A model generated the notes under the pieces. That model was given only the letters and a program-made list of their open reading frames with translations. It did no database searches and was not told where the DNA came from. Positions 14,001 through 28,660 of a DNA stretch of 64,000 bases are shown piece after piece. A program made the position numbers and the translations under genes. Source of the stretch: Octopus sinensis (Eukaryota); contig NC_043010.1 of NCBI RefSeq assembly GCF_006345805.1, forward strand, positions 17,422,001 to 17,486,000, given 5' to 3'. Within the stretch, counting starts at the first letter, position 1. Each line of letters begins with the position of its first letter.

Positions 14001-17000
14001 TAGGCCAGCACCGACTCGCCTGCCTCCGTTTCACTTCGCGGAGAAATAGCGGTGCGTCGATCAATTCGGTGCCCTGCACGTGTATGAATCGCACAGATAC
14101 TGTTGTGGAGCAGTAATCGATGAATTCAGCCTGCAAGCCAGAGCGCAGACCGAATTCCCTTATACGCCGCCCCGAACGACATTAGAAGGGGCCGCGACGC
14201 AGTTGGCTTCCCGTCTCAGCTAGAGCCGGTAGGTTTTTTCTGCGGGGATAGTAAATGCCCCCGCCGGAATAGCCCTTCTTGTCATACGAGGGAGACAGAT
14301 CCCTAACCTGGGATGCGATGTGCTGCGACACGTTTTCCGTCTCCAGCCTTGCTGCATCGGCCGCAAACCCCGGGTCTCGCCGCCCGTAACGCAGGGGAGA
14401 GAAAGTTATTAAACAAATACAGGACTGGTCGTCGTCGAGATCTGAAGGTGTTCCCAGACTCTGTCACTGCTAACTTTCTCACCAAAATCGAGAAATGAGT
14501 TCCGCTCGGTGGAGTGACCGTTACAGTAAGTGCCGCGCTGGCCATTCCCCGCGGCAACGCCTTTGCAATCATGTCCACGAGGCACAGCTGAATACACCCT
14601 TAGTTCCGGAGTCTACAACCTGTTGCTCCCTTCCCTCCCCCATCTTTTGCTGCTTAATCTCCCACATTCTTTTTTTCTTCTTTTCTTTGTTTCCTTGATG
14701 AAGCAGTTCGGAATTGTTTTGTTTGTTTTTTCTCGATAGTTCGATCCTTTATACTTTTTTTTTCTTCCTGTAAAAATATGTCGCTGAATTAAATTATTAT
14801 CGGTTTTTGGGCTGGAAGTATGGTTGATAAAATCACCCCCAATCGATATCGATATTGACGTTAACTACAACCCCCACCTTCCCCTTTACAGAATTGACCT
14901 AGTAGTGTGTCAAAAGAAATCGTTATTCTATTCGGCTGTGGTTGGCAGATATGGCAGTACAGTGGATATAAAACATCTTTGTACATTAGTTAAATTCAGC
15001 TGGTTACGATTTTTGCTTTTACTCAATAAATACCATTAAACAGAGCGAAAGACGATACACTTTCTACTCTTCTATAAATGCGTGACCTTGTGCTTAATAT
15101 GAGAAATTATTTAGTTGTCACGTCACCAAAGCTGGCCTTTATTAGTGCCACGTTCCTAGAAATAATCTACGGAGTCTTTTCTCCATTTAAAAACAGGTTC
15201 CGATTGTTTTCCAGTGGAGTATGAAGCGAGAGGTGTCGACCACGTCAACCTATCATATTTATTTCCATATCTCGAGGCTTCATAAATTAACGACATACTG
15301 TGTAGCCTTCCCGACCAATAACAGCTGAAGGTGTGTCTTGGTGCAACGTTTTCAGTTTGAGTTATTCCGTTTCGTCATTCATTGTATGGCGAATAGTTCT
15401 GTTGTCAAATTCCCAATTTTAATGTGTGCTTGAAAGGCTTGGGAAATTGTAGAAACTGATTATAAACTAAAATTAATTGGGGAGTGACAGCTGATTATCA
15501 TACTAGCTTGGAGTGGTCTCTCTCATTGTGTAGTACTGCTTACGTACGTAGCTGACAGAATTAATAGAACGTAATTTGACAGATTGTTCAAACAAAAGAT
15601 ATATATATTGTGTGTGTATGTATATAATACGTTTGTGTATAAAACTTTACACTACTGATAAAGGTGTGTCTTGACCAAGCACGCTTGAAAATGCTCCCGT
15701 TATGCCCAGCCCGTCTCGCCCCTTGTGTGTGTGTGTCATCATCGCCAATCCCGCTTCTATTTTAAGGATTTTATCGTGTGATTTGAGTGTGTTTTTGTTA
15801 CTATTTTTATGTGGTCGAATGATTTTTTAATTTCTGTCTTGTGCCGTCCCTAATGTTTTTGTGAATCCTGTGTGGTTAACGAAAAACAAAATTATTAAAT
15901 AATAATAATAATAATAATAATAATAATTATTATTATTATTATTATTATGGCTCAGAGCTCCCGATCTTGCTCTGGTTGATTCTGTGGGAACTGACAGCAA
16001 CCTGTTGTCAGAAGTCTCTCAGGGTTTCTTTAAGACTTGGCACTTGGATATTAAGTATCGTGGAAGACACTCAACACCCAGGTACCAATCTCAAAGTCCT
16101 AGCTGTCCCCAACAGAGCAGTTTTGGGAACTGCTTTATTATAATTTAGGCGATGAGCTGGCAAAATGCTTAGCGGGGTTTCGTCCGTCTTTAACGTTCTG
16201 AGTTCAAATTCCGCAGCGGTTAACTTGGTCTTTCATCCTTTCGGGGCCGATGAAATAAGTACCAATTACGCACTGGGGTCGATGTAATCGACTAGCCCCT
16301 CTCCTCCAAAATTTCACATTTTGTGTCTATAGTAGAAAGGATTTATATTATTATTATTATTAAGGTGGCGTATTGACTGAATCGTTAGCACGTTGGACAA
16401 AATGCTTAGCTTCATTTCTTGCGACTCATTACATTCTGAGTTCAAATTCCGCTGAAGTCAGCTTTCGATGTCAAACTAAGTCACCAGTGAAGTGTTGAGG
16501 TTGATGTAATCGACTGACCCCTTTCCCTCTAAAATCGCTGGTCTTGTGCCAAAATTTACATTATTTATCATCGTTATCAAAGACAGCATCTGAAGTTTGG
16601 CTGATACTTCAATATGTGCAGAGCTGTAAAAGCGAAACAACTTTTGACCCGGAGACACGTAACTGTTAACACTTCCTTGAGTTGGTGCACTAATGGTGGC
16701 CGGCCACTCCTTTATTAACAGGAAATGTTGTGGTCTGGCCGTTGGGTTTGTACAACTTCCGATTTTACTTACGGCTTAAACAGTCCTCAACAATTTTTTA
16801 TTGAAAAGGAATGCCGGAATGATTAATAAATATAATCATCCCTTCAAGTTTGTGGGTGTGGGTCAGTTGTTGGGTCAAGAAGAGCAGACTTTTGTTCTGT
16901 CCAAACAACTCTTGGCTTTTCTACAGTTTTAGTGATCTTCAACTATATATTTCATTAGATTTAATTAGCAGTTTTAATTACCTCGAAGTCCATTCAGAAT

Positions 17001-17895
17001 ATTATGAAATCGATTTAATGCAAGCGTTCGATTATTACTGGGTCTGTCGATGAAGTTTTGGGGGACAGGTTTATTTTCTTCTCGCCCGTGTCCATTCGAT
17101 GTCGGTTCCCTCCTTTGTGTTAGCATCAGATATACCAAGGTGAATATAGACATTGTCTCCTATAAAAGCTGTCCATTCAAGTCTTCCTCTCCTCGCTACG
17201 ACAGTATGAGTTGGCTGCTATTTCTAGCGAGCCGAACGACCAAATAAGAGGCTTTACAGTTGAGCCTCTATTTGGTCGTTCGGCTCGCTAGAAATAGCAG
17301 CCAACTCATACTGTCTTTAAAAAGGAAGGGGCATGTTACACTGGTTTATGTCGCCCTAAATTCACTCATTTAGTCACGGTTTTGTTAGGCCCCATTCACT
17401 TTTTTCGACAATATCAATCCCAGGATTTTTTTTTATTCATATCTATTTATCAAACTTCAAAACAAACGTACGCACACTCACACACACACTTCTTCTTTAC
17501 GAGTTCCCGTCTCCCAAATTTCACTCGCAAAAGCATTAGTAATATCGCCGATTATGTCACGCAGTGGGATCGAACCCGAAATCAAGTGGTTATGAAGTGA
17601 ACTTCTTGGCTACACAGCCATAAAAAAAAGATGGGAGTAGATGTGTTGGTCACAACTGTAATGTGTTTTGTTTTTGGAGCTAATCCAGAGTTGAACACAA
17701 AACATAATTCTTTTTTCTAATTTAAAATCTATAAAGAAAGGAGGTTAGCAAAGGTTTTGCTTATGTCTCTCTAGAACAACCTACGCACCGACAAATACTT
17801 GCCATTGTTTTTTTTTTGTTTTTTTCATGTAAGATAAACCTCACCGAACCAGTTTTCCATAACCTCATACTTTCGTTTTCGTTATAATTCTTATA

Positions 17896-17926
<31 letters not shown>

Positions 17927-20900
17927 TTCTTGGATTTAAAATCTGTTTTATTTTTGTTGTTAACATTTTGTACAACTTTATAGTAAATAACATTTAATTT
18001 AGAGGCAGGAAAAAAAAACCCTACATGGTCACTCGTATTACAAGAAATAGCTAGATTTCTTTCAGATTTCCTTTGATTTGGGGGAGAAAGAAAAAGCTAG
18101 GACTAATTCGGTACATCGTTATGTTTGAATAAAAGACAAGACTACCGTGGTTGGAACACCTTTGATGGTAAGGTTTGCTAGATCGGGAGTTAAATAACGA
18201 CACCCCTCATAAAGGATCGCCTCACCATTTTTGTTCACATCCCATATCTATCTATCTATCTATCTATCTATCTGTCTATCTAACCATCTATACACACACA
18301 CACACACCCATATAGATGTAGCAGTGGTATGTGTAATATTTTGGCGAGACTGTCACACCACACACACCTTCGTTTATCATTCACGAGACAATCTTATTTC
18401 GCTTTCTTCTCGAAAGCACAGACGTTTTATTTTTTATCTCTTTCTGTTTATACTTCACAATTCGATCTGTTCGACCTCCAGTCAACAAGTTCAATTTGAA
18501 ACATTCGTTGATTTTCAGAGAACTTCAGGAAGACATTTTTCTTTCCTTTCTCTTTTTTTAAGTCAAGGGAGATAACTTCATTCTCATATTTAGAAAGTTA
18601 ATTAAACACTTATTTTTTCATTCACTCCAGCGGAGTTGATTGTCAAATTTATAGAGGAACTAGCAGTGTCGCCCGGCGTTGCTCGGGTTTGTTTCGACCC
18701 TTTAGAATTAAAATTTTTGAAAAGTAAAAATTTTGCATTTTTCTGGTTGGAATACACCGAAAAATGGCGACACAGCAGCAGTCAAAAAATCGTAAAAAAT
18801 AGGGATTTTTATAGAAAAAAAAGCACTTTTGATGCAAATAATTTTTGGTGTTAACATTGTCCGATTTGAATTTTTTCTTCTACGGAAGGAAGAGCAAGCC
18901 TTCTTCTATCATACTCTCAAATTTGGTCAACTTGCGCTGCAGAGTCTCGGAGGAGATAGTGTTAGTTGAAGGCTACCAAACCTGCCATACGCAGACAACT
19001 TCAGCTTTATATATATAGATTTTAAATTTGATAATGAATAATTTTCAGTTTTGCCAATTTTAAGATTTTCTTCCTGCTTTCCTTCCATTACTGCCACTAC
19101 CACCATCATCACTCATTCAAAGAACGTTATTTTTCTTTTTTATTGTTAGTATGTTGTGGAAGGGGCTGTAACTGTACTATTTTCAGACAGTCTGAAACCA
19201 GTAAACGGTTGGCGTAGAATGTAAATGCCAAGTCAGTGGCTAAAGGAGGGGATATATGTGAGAGTGCAGCAATCGGTTCTGAAGAATAGAGATCACTTTA
19301 GATGCTGTGGAGGGACAAAGAAGAAGGGAGCGGACACGTCTGTGCAACAGCGGTTGGAATATGTTCCGTGGGATTAGGTTGGGTATTTGCCAACCACATG
19401 GTTTTGGGTTCAGTCCTACTGTTTGGAACCTTGGGCAAGTGTCTTCTGCTGTAACCTCAGGCCAGCCAAAGCCTTGTGTGTTTGGAAGACAGAAACTGAC
19501 AGAAGCCCTGTGTGTGTGCGTGTGTCTGTCTGTTCCCCCACCACTGCTGGTGTTGGGGTGTTTAGCTTTTCCTCACTAACCATTTTAACCCTTCAGCATT
19601 TAAAGAGGCCAAATGTGGTCCAGATATTCTATTTGTGTTCAAACTGGCCAGTTCAACCTTTCACGCCTATCCTACAATGTCATTCTAAAAATATATAAAA
19701 GACAATGCCTGATTAATTCAAAACCATGCAAATAGATAAGCATTACATTTCACGGTGTTTGACATGTACTAAGGAAGATAAGCTTTTAGTCACTAAGAAC
19801 TGAGCTACTGGATCTTGGTGACATTAACGTACGTGCTGGAGAAGTATTCACTTGATACAACAGCTGTGATGCAAAACCAGGATCAGAGAAGATCAGAGGA
19901 TTATGTATGTAGGAACTGTAGAGCAATATTTATTTTGGTATAGAGATAATGGTATTTGTTTGCTTTAAAGATCTTGACCATATCTAGGGTAGGTTGTATT
20001 GTGAGGATAATGACAATGATTTTGTCATAACCTTCATAAATATTATGTAAAAAACAAAACAATAAGCAATCTGTCCAATTCCAGTACAGCTTGAAGAATC
20101 TGATAAAGAAACTTGAGGAAAAAGTTATGTTGAAGACCTTGATAAATAAAACTAAACATTCTCACCTCCAATAATAATAATAATAATAATAATAGTTTCA
20201 AATTTTAGAGAGAGTAAGTTGATTATAACAGCCCTCAACTAATGCTAGCTTTATTGACCCCCAAAAGAATAAGAGGCAAAGTTGACCTTGGCAAAATTTA
20301 ACTCAGAACTTAAATAGAAACAAAGCATTTTGCCTGGCATGCGAACAACTCTGCCCCAGTGTTCAGTAGTGAGGGACAAAGACAGTGGAATTTGGACTCG
20401 GAATGGAAAGAGCCAGAAGAGATGCCCTAACTCTCCTGCCAACTCACCAACTTAATAATAATAATAATAATGATGATTTCAAATTTTGGCACAAGGCCAG
20501 CAACTTTGGGAGAGGGAGTAAATCAATTACATTGACACCCCCCTCCCCAGTGCTGAACTGGTACTTAATATATCAATCCCGAAAGGATGAAGGGTAAAGT
20601 CGACCTCAGCAGAATTTGAACTCAGAAAGCATTTTGCCCAGCATGCTAATGATTCTGACAGCTTGCCACGTTAATAATAATAATAAACCCTGCTTTTCAT
20701 TTAATAATTCTTGACAGTTGTAATAATTTAACTTTGCAAAGAGAAACCAGAGTTAGTGTGTTCTGGTATTGGAATAAGAAGAAAATTCAGTCCAATACGG
20801 CTATCACTGAATACTGAACCTAACGATTGTTTATAATGCTAAAAAAAAAAAAAACTGTCTATGGAAATATTCCAGAGAGATGACCAACCTTGAATTGATG

Positions 20901-23900
20901 GACTTAGAATTAAATCCTCTGTTCAATAGGTATGCATCCAGGTACTCAACATGAAATCAAAGTTTCTTTGTGAAAGACTAGAAAACCTACACCAACAACA
21001 TGAAACAGAATCAGAACTAGGAAAAACAAAAAAAAAAGCACAGACAAAAGACCTCCACATGGCATTAGACTAGCAAAATGTCAAAAGTATTTGATCTCAG
21101 AAAATACCAAGGAGTTGAAAAGCTTTTTCATTTCTGTTACTGTTTGAATGTGGTGCTTTCTTCTCGATGTGTTGTAAATGGATAAACTGAAAGCTGATAT
21201 TGTCAAAGAAGTACAAGAATTCTACAGTCACTAAAGTCTTTTGTCATTAATCTTTTGTCTCAGTTATCCTGGTTCTGTCCATCCTACAGAATTGTCACTG
21301 TTCAAGATCTCTTATCAACAAGTGACATCTGCCTTGGAAATCTCTGCTAATATTTTGCAAGTATTTCAATTCTACCCACCATCACCCCTCTCCATATGCA
21401 TAAATTCCATTCTACTAGGTGTCACACTCACTCTTCAAGACATTCAATCAAAACCAACAACTCTCCTCCCCCCACAAAATCTGCAACTGCTATAAATGGT
21501 TTAAGGCAGAAGTGGGAAACCCTTGCATGTTGGAAAGCTACTTGACAAGCTTATCAGCTGCATGAGACAACTGCATTCAACAAAAATTTCCACTGCTAAA
21601 TCTGTTATTTTCTAAAATTTAATTATTCCTCCTCATCATCATAAGATGTAATATTTCCTAATTAATATATTTTCTGTTAATTAAATTAAGTTTCCATTCT
21701 CAGCAAATGCTTAGCTACCAGCACTGACAAGAAAACATGACTCAGCAACCTGCACTACACAATTGCTCGTTATTTCACTTGGTGGACATAAACACTCTTT
21801 TAGCCCTGTGTTCTGTGTTAATGTGAATTGAATGCTTTGACAAGATCTAATAGGGGCCAAACCCTGCATCGTGCTCCACTGTCTGCTTAAGCATGGTTTC
21901 TATAGTGGAACATCCTTTCTAATGCCAACCACTTTGTAGCATGTACTGGGTGTCTTTTTTTTTCATGCCACCAGCGCCAGTGAGTTTGCCTTGCAGTGTG
22001 CAAGAGTACGAAACCCAAATGGGGCTGCATTATACTCAGAGACAAAGGGTTAAAGTACGAGAGAAGGAAGCAGTATGGAACTTTTAGAAGAGAAAATGGG
22101 AGTGGGGTGAAGCTGGGAGAAATAATGGTGATGGGTGTTTGTGTGGACCCTCAAGGTATAAAGTGAATGGGGGAGGGGGGAGAAGAACTAGGAATGTGGT
22201 TGGGTGCGTAGCAGCTGCAAGGCTGTACGAGGTGATGGGGAGTGGGGGTGAATTGGATGACTGAAGAACAAGTGTTGAGGGGTGGATAAGGGAGTATTTT
22301 TATATTCCCTTATCCACCCCTCAACACTTGATCTACGCCGCATCCTTCGTGTCCGATGGCATCACTCTGTCTCCAACAATTCGGTGCGACACCAGTGCAG
22401 AATCACATCCCTCCGACAAGTCATCCTAACGAGACGTCTGCGTTGGCTGGGTCATGCCCTCCGTCGTCAACCAGGGGAATTCATCTACGAAGCAATTGCC
22501 CCAGCTCCCCTTCAGGGTTGGCGAAAGCGATGTGGTGGACAACGAAAAACCTGGCTGATGACAGTCAAAGCTGATCTGGAACCCAACCTACAAAGCAATT
22601 GCCCCAGCTCTCCTTCAGGGTTGGCGAAAGCGATGTGGTGGACAACGAAAAACCTGGCTGATGACAGTTCAACGCTGATCTGGAACCCAACCTAGACCCC
22701 ATATCTACGGCGTTCGCCGCTGGAATAAGGAGTGGTTGAATATCACGTGGTCGTTAACCTCAAATCGCTGGGTCTGGTTGGCGTTTGTGAGAGATGCAGC
22801 ATTGAGGATGAATGAAGCCAGCTCAACCCACCCCGGGTGAATGCTGTCTCAAGTCAAGTCAAGCCAAGTGGATAAGGGGTTGGGATGGCCAATAATGCAG
22901 GGAGGAGGGTGAAGAGCAATAGAATATAGAGGAGAAGGAAGAGAGTGACATGACATGTGAAAGGGAAGACACAAAATATTAAAAAGGCAGGGTTTTAGTA
23001 GAAGCACCTCTGTCATACCATTTTTTTCTTTTCTTTTTTTTCCCCTCCCTTTACCAAAAATTTCTCCAGGCAATTACAATTACCTTAACCCTTTCATTAC
23101 TGCATTAATTTTGAGATGTTCTGTGTTTCTTTCGGTTACTTTAAATATAACAAAGAATTTAGTAAAATAACTTAGTTATTATTAAGCTAGTGTTGGGAAC
23201 ATAAATTGTGACTAAGGTTTAGTGGAAGATTTTAATTCAAAACTTATGGAAACAAGACATTTGTACTCAGAGCCAGAGCCGGTTTCAGCCGGGTTGGTAT
23301 GAAAAGGGTTAAGCAAGTAATTAGAAATTAATTTGTAATTCATTGGAAAGACAGGGTTTTAAATAAAATAAAAAGTAATCAGCCAAAAGATATTCTAATG
23401 TAATGGTTTTTCCCTCAAACATTATTGTTTCAGAAGGTTGCATTTAGTCACTTCTTGTCTTGAGGCTTAACAACGGACGTTTAAGAACGTGACCTTGAGA
23501 TATTAGTGAAATAAAGGAAAGGGGGACAGTTTTTGTAGAAACTCTTAATGAAGGTAAGCAGATTTGAAAAAAAATGAAAATAAAATATTCAAAAATAGCA
23601 CCCAAAACATAATCAATAGCACATCTATATGGCTGTGTGGTAAGAAGCTTGCTTCCCAACCACATGGTTCCGAGTTCAGTCCCACTGTATGGGTGAGTGT
23701 CTTCTACTATAGCCTAGGGTTGGCCAAAGCCTTGTGAGTGAATTTGGTAGACAGAAACTAAAAGAAATCTGTTGTGTGTGTGTATATAGGTATGTATTTG
23801 TATGTCTGTGTTTGTCCCCCACCATCACTTGACACCCGATGTAGGTGTGTTTATATTCCCATAACTTAGCAGTTTGGCAAAAGAGATCGATAGAATAAGT

Positions 23901-26101
23901 GCTAGGCTTACAAAGAATAAGTCCTAGGGTTCGTTTGTTTGACTAAAGGTGGTGCTCCAGCATGGCCACTCAATCGACTGAAACAAGTAAAAGAATAAAA
24001 AGCTATATATACACACACACACACACACAGAGAGAGAGTAATGCCTCAATATGAGTTAGTTCCTTTCTGAAGAACACTTGTAAAGTGAAAATACGCAAAC
24101 AGGAAACAAAACTCATACACCTGGGGTCTCATAATGAGAGGTATTATTGTGTGTGTGTGTGTGCTGAGAGGTTTACTTGCCTGCCACATGCTTTTGAGTT
24201 GGTTCCAGTGCATGACATCTTGGATAAGTGTCTTCTGTTGCGCCTGCATCCAAAACCATTTTCTACAGCTAACTGACAAGAACTCGCTCACCAATACACT
24301 CAAAGAGTAACCCCACAGCTCATTGCTGTTCCTTTTCTCTGCCTCTTCTACGGGAACTACAACAGCTCAACTAACAAACAACTTTGACACAACTCCACGC
24401 AATTCTTTCATCTTGTCATGGATATCCATGCCTTGCCCTTGACCCCCACCAATTCTTCTTATAGACCCCTTTACTCCATTCTTCTTCCTCAGAATGGAAG
24501 CTGTGTCCTTAGTTCCTGTAGGCACCAGCCTACACAAGTTCAAGCTAGTTTACAAAAATATTAATCACCCCCCTCCCCTCCTTGCCCTTCAAACCCAACT
24601 CGTTAATATCATTTAGAAATAAATCTCGCAACAATGCAAATATTAAGAAATAAGGAAAAATTAGCAGAAAAATCGAACAAACAAGCAAAAAAATAACAGT
24701 AGATATTTCTTCAATTTGAGCTTTGTAACTAAATTCATGGGACCAATCCAGAGGACATGGGAAAATGTCAGCCTGATACACAAATGAATTTTTAAACATT
24801 CTATCATTATTCTCTCGGTATCTTTTGCTGAACTGCTAAGTTACAGGCATGTAGACACGCTAGTGCAAGTTGTCATGTGATGGGTGACAAATACACACAT
24901 ATACCTATTTCTTTACTGCCCACAAGTGGCTAAACACAGAGGGGACAAACAAGGACAGACAAACAGATCAAGTCGATTACATTGACCCCAGTGTGTAACT
25001 GGTACTTATTTAATCGACCCCGAAAGGATGAAAGGCAAAGTCAACCTCCGTGGAATTTGAACTCAAAATGTAGTGATGGGTGAAATACCTATTTCTTTAC
25101 TACCTACAAGGGGCTAAACACAGAGGGGACAAACAAAGGGATCAAGTTGATTACATTGACCCCAGTGCATAACTGGTACTTATTTAATTGACCCCGAAAG
25201 GATGAAAGGCAAAGTCGACCTCGGCGGAATTTGAACTCAGAACGTAACGACAGACGAAATGCTGCTAAGCATTTCACCCGGCGCGATAATGTCTCTGCCA
25301 GCTCACACACATATACCTGCCAGGCTTCTTTTAGTTTCTGCCAACCAAATCCACTCACAAAGCTTTGAACAGCCTGAGGCTAGAGTAGTTGTGTGGCTTT
25401 TGGAAACTGAAATGGGGGTAACTGAGGAGAGAGGCTCAGTTGATAAGGGACGGGAGGGAGTCATTGTTCGATTAGTTGAAAACAACCCAGAAAATGAACC
25501 TGCTTTTAACGTTCCATTGCTTATCATAATCTATTTATTCATAACACTGAATACCAGAGCTATTCAAAATGTTCGTTTCTGAGCAGCTTAATAAATAAAT
25601 TAGATTGTGTAAGAGCAGAACCATTTCAGAATCTTTAATTGCTACATTGTGGGTCACACATTTGTACTTTGGTGAAGGTCATTTATTGATCAGTACCGAA
25701 ATACTACACTAGACTGCTTCCCCCTCCCCCGTCCCCCAATCTGTTTGTTTTATGGAACATTATTATTGTTGTTGTTGTTATTATTATTACTATTATTTAG
25801 TTTCTGTCTAACTGGGTAATTTACCTTTTATGTTTGTTTGTTGGACATATTTTGCTATCAGGGCATGAGTGCTGGTGGCGTGGAGGGGCAGCAGTGCTGG
25901 TGGCGGGGGGAGGGCCAGTGGTGGTGAATGGATACCGAAGGAAAGTTTTGATGTGTGTTAGTAGTTTGACTAACATTTACAAAGGATCTTTTGTTGACAA
26001 GAGAGAGAGAGATAGGGAGAAACATTCCAGTGTGGCCAGTACAGAGTGGCTGAGATCTTCCAAAAGAATTAGTCATTCATAACAGTTTAATGGCTGAAAT
26101 G

Positions 26102-26132
<31 letters not shown>

Positions 26133-28629
26133 AATGGAGCTTATCTATAATTCCTTCCTATGACATGTTAAATGGCTTTACATTGATAAAATAGAAAATT
26201 TAGCCATAAATGTTGCTTACAGTTGGTAAAAGTTTGTAATATTTCCTAATTAATATATTTTCTGTTAATTAAATTAAGTTCCCATTCTCAACAAATGCTT
26301 AGCTACCAGCACTGACAAGAAAGCCTGACTCGGCAACCTGCACCATACAATTGCTCGTTATTTCACCTGGTGGACATAAACGCTCTTTTAGCCCTTCCTT
26401 CCATCCATGACTTAGTGGAATACCAAGGATGTGACAACTGAAGGGAGAGAGAAGAGTGCACCAGCACTCAGCTGGTTCCCATTTACAGCCAGGTCATCTG
26501 GAGTAACATGAAATGAAGTACCTCATTCAAGGCCACAATGCACTCACCTTCACTTGTACATTCTACTATAATTAATTATGGTTCATCATCGTCATCATTT
26601 AGCGTCTGTTGTTCATGCTGGCATAGGTTGGACAGTTTAACCAGGGCTGGCAAGTGGGAAGGCTGCACCAGACTCCAGTCTGATTTGGCATGGTCTCTAT
26701 GGCTGGATGCCCTTCCTTATTCCAATGGGTGCTTTTACATGTCACCGGCATGGCTGCTATTTGTGTGATATGACTATAATTTCACTTGGTTTGCCGGGTC
26801 TTCTCAAGCACAGCATATTGCCAAAGGTCTCGGTCATCAGTCATTGCCTCTGTAGAGGCAATATATCTTAATGACCCGTATAATTAATACATTGAAATCG
26901 TTTCCCTACTTGTTTAGATATAGAGGAATTAGCAGTATCGCCTGGTGTTGCTCGGGTTTGTTTCGACCCTTTAGAATTGGAATTTTTGAAAAGTAAAAAT
27001 TTTGTATTATGTAGCTTGTTATTCTCGTTAAGTGAACATTTTTCTGGTTGAAATACACCAAAAAATGGCGATACAGCAGCAGTCAAAAATTGAACAAAGA
27101 TTTTAGTCACAAAGAGTATAAAATAAGGTTCTTTTAGGAAGTTGCATTAAAAAAAAAGTCTTTGTTATGACAAGAAATTAAAATAGGAATACGTCCAGTG
27201 AATAATATTGTTGTTTTGGTTGTAATGTTTGCTGACTCGGCCATCTTAACTGACATTCTAACCACAACAATCCATAAAATGCATGCTGCCAGTGAGATAT
27301 TAGTCTGTTGCAAGTCATCCTGAATATTATCATTATTATAACTCAGTCCGGAGCAAACTGGTTAGGTTTGATTTTTGAAGAAAATTGTTTAATCAAACTA
27401 TCAGCTGAGTCACTATTCTAACATTTGCAAACAATGAGAAAGACCTCGTTTGATGAAGTTGTGATTAGAGCACAAATAATACACATAATGGTATATGTGG
27501 ACACTGGAGCAATGGCTGCTGTTCCTTCGGTTTAGTCATGAAAGTGGATCTTATTCAATGAAACGATGCTTCCATTGTGTTTCATTATTGAATATTTTGG
27601 TTTGACTTTGAATTTCTCAATGATAATAATATTGATGCTGGCTGGATGAAAATGGTGAAGTTGGATGGGTCCTTAATGTTGGTTTCAAATTTTGATACAA
27701 GGCCAGCAATTTCATTGACCCCATTGCATAACTGGTACTTATTTTATTAATCCTGAAAGAATGAAAGGCAAAGTGAACCTCAACAGAATTTGATCTTGGA
27801 ACATAAAGCATTTTGCTTGGTGTTCTAAAAATTCTTGCAGATCGCTGCATTAAGATGGGTCCTTAATAATGAAATGAAATGATAATCACCAAGGTTGTGT
27901 TTTCTCATCAAGGCCAAGACTTTGAAATATTGGTGAATGGTTGGAAGAAAGACTAACTTGTTTATATCAATGATTATAGTGACCTTGATAGTAGTGAAAC
28001 TCTAAGCTTCCTTTGTTTGAGATTAACGAGCAACTTCTGGTTATAGTGAAATCCCTTAACAGATGTCCAGATGTTGGTGTTTAGCTAAAAGATGCCAAGT
28101 TAAAACCTTTCAACATGTCTAGGACTTGAGCAGGAATATGTATTGTCACCACTTTTTCATAATTTTTATGACCTGGGTTGACATGTGCAGCCATTGTGGA
28201 GGTGGTATCGCAATCAGTGGTCGGCTGATACTTGCACACAACATTGTACTACTTGGCTCATCAGAAGATAATCTCCAGAATGCACTGAATGGGTTTGCTG
28301 CTGATTGATGCAAGGCAGTGATGAGAATTAGGATTGCAAAGACTTGAGACATTGGTCCTCTCCAAGAAAGTCTTCCCAGTGCAGTTTGTATCTTAGAGGA
28401 AAAGTTTAAATATCTCAGGGCCATATTCAGGAGTGATGGGATTCAGAAGGCTGAATTGGATTCTGGAATTGCAGGTGCTGCCAGTTACAAGACTATATAT
28501 ATATATAATACATATGTATTATATATGATGGGCTTCTTTCAGTTTTCATCTACCAAATTCACACAAGGCCTTGGTCAGCCTTGAGTTATAGAAGACACTT
28601 ACCCAAGGTTCTATCTCTCTCTCTCTCTC

Positions 28630-28660
<31 letters not shown>

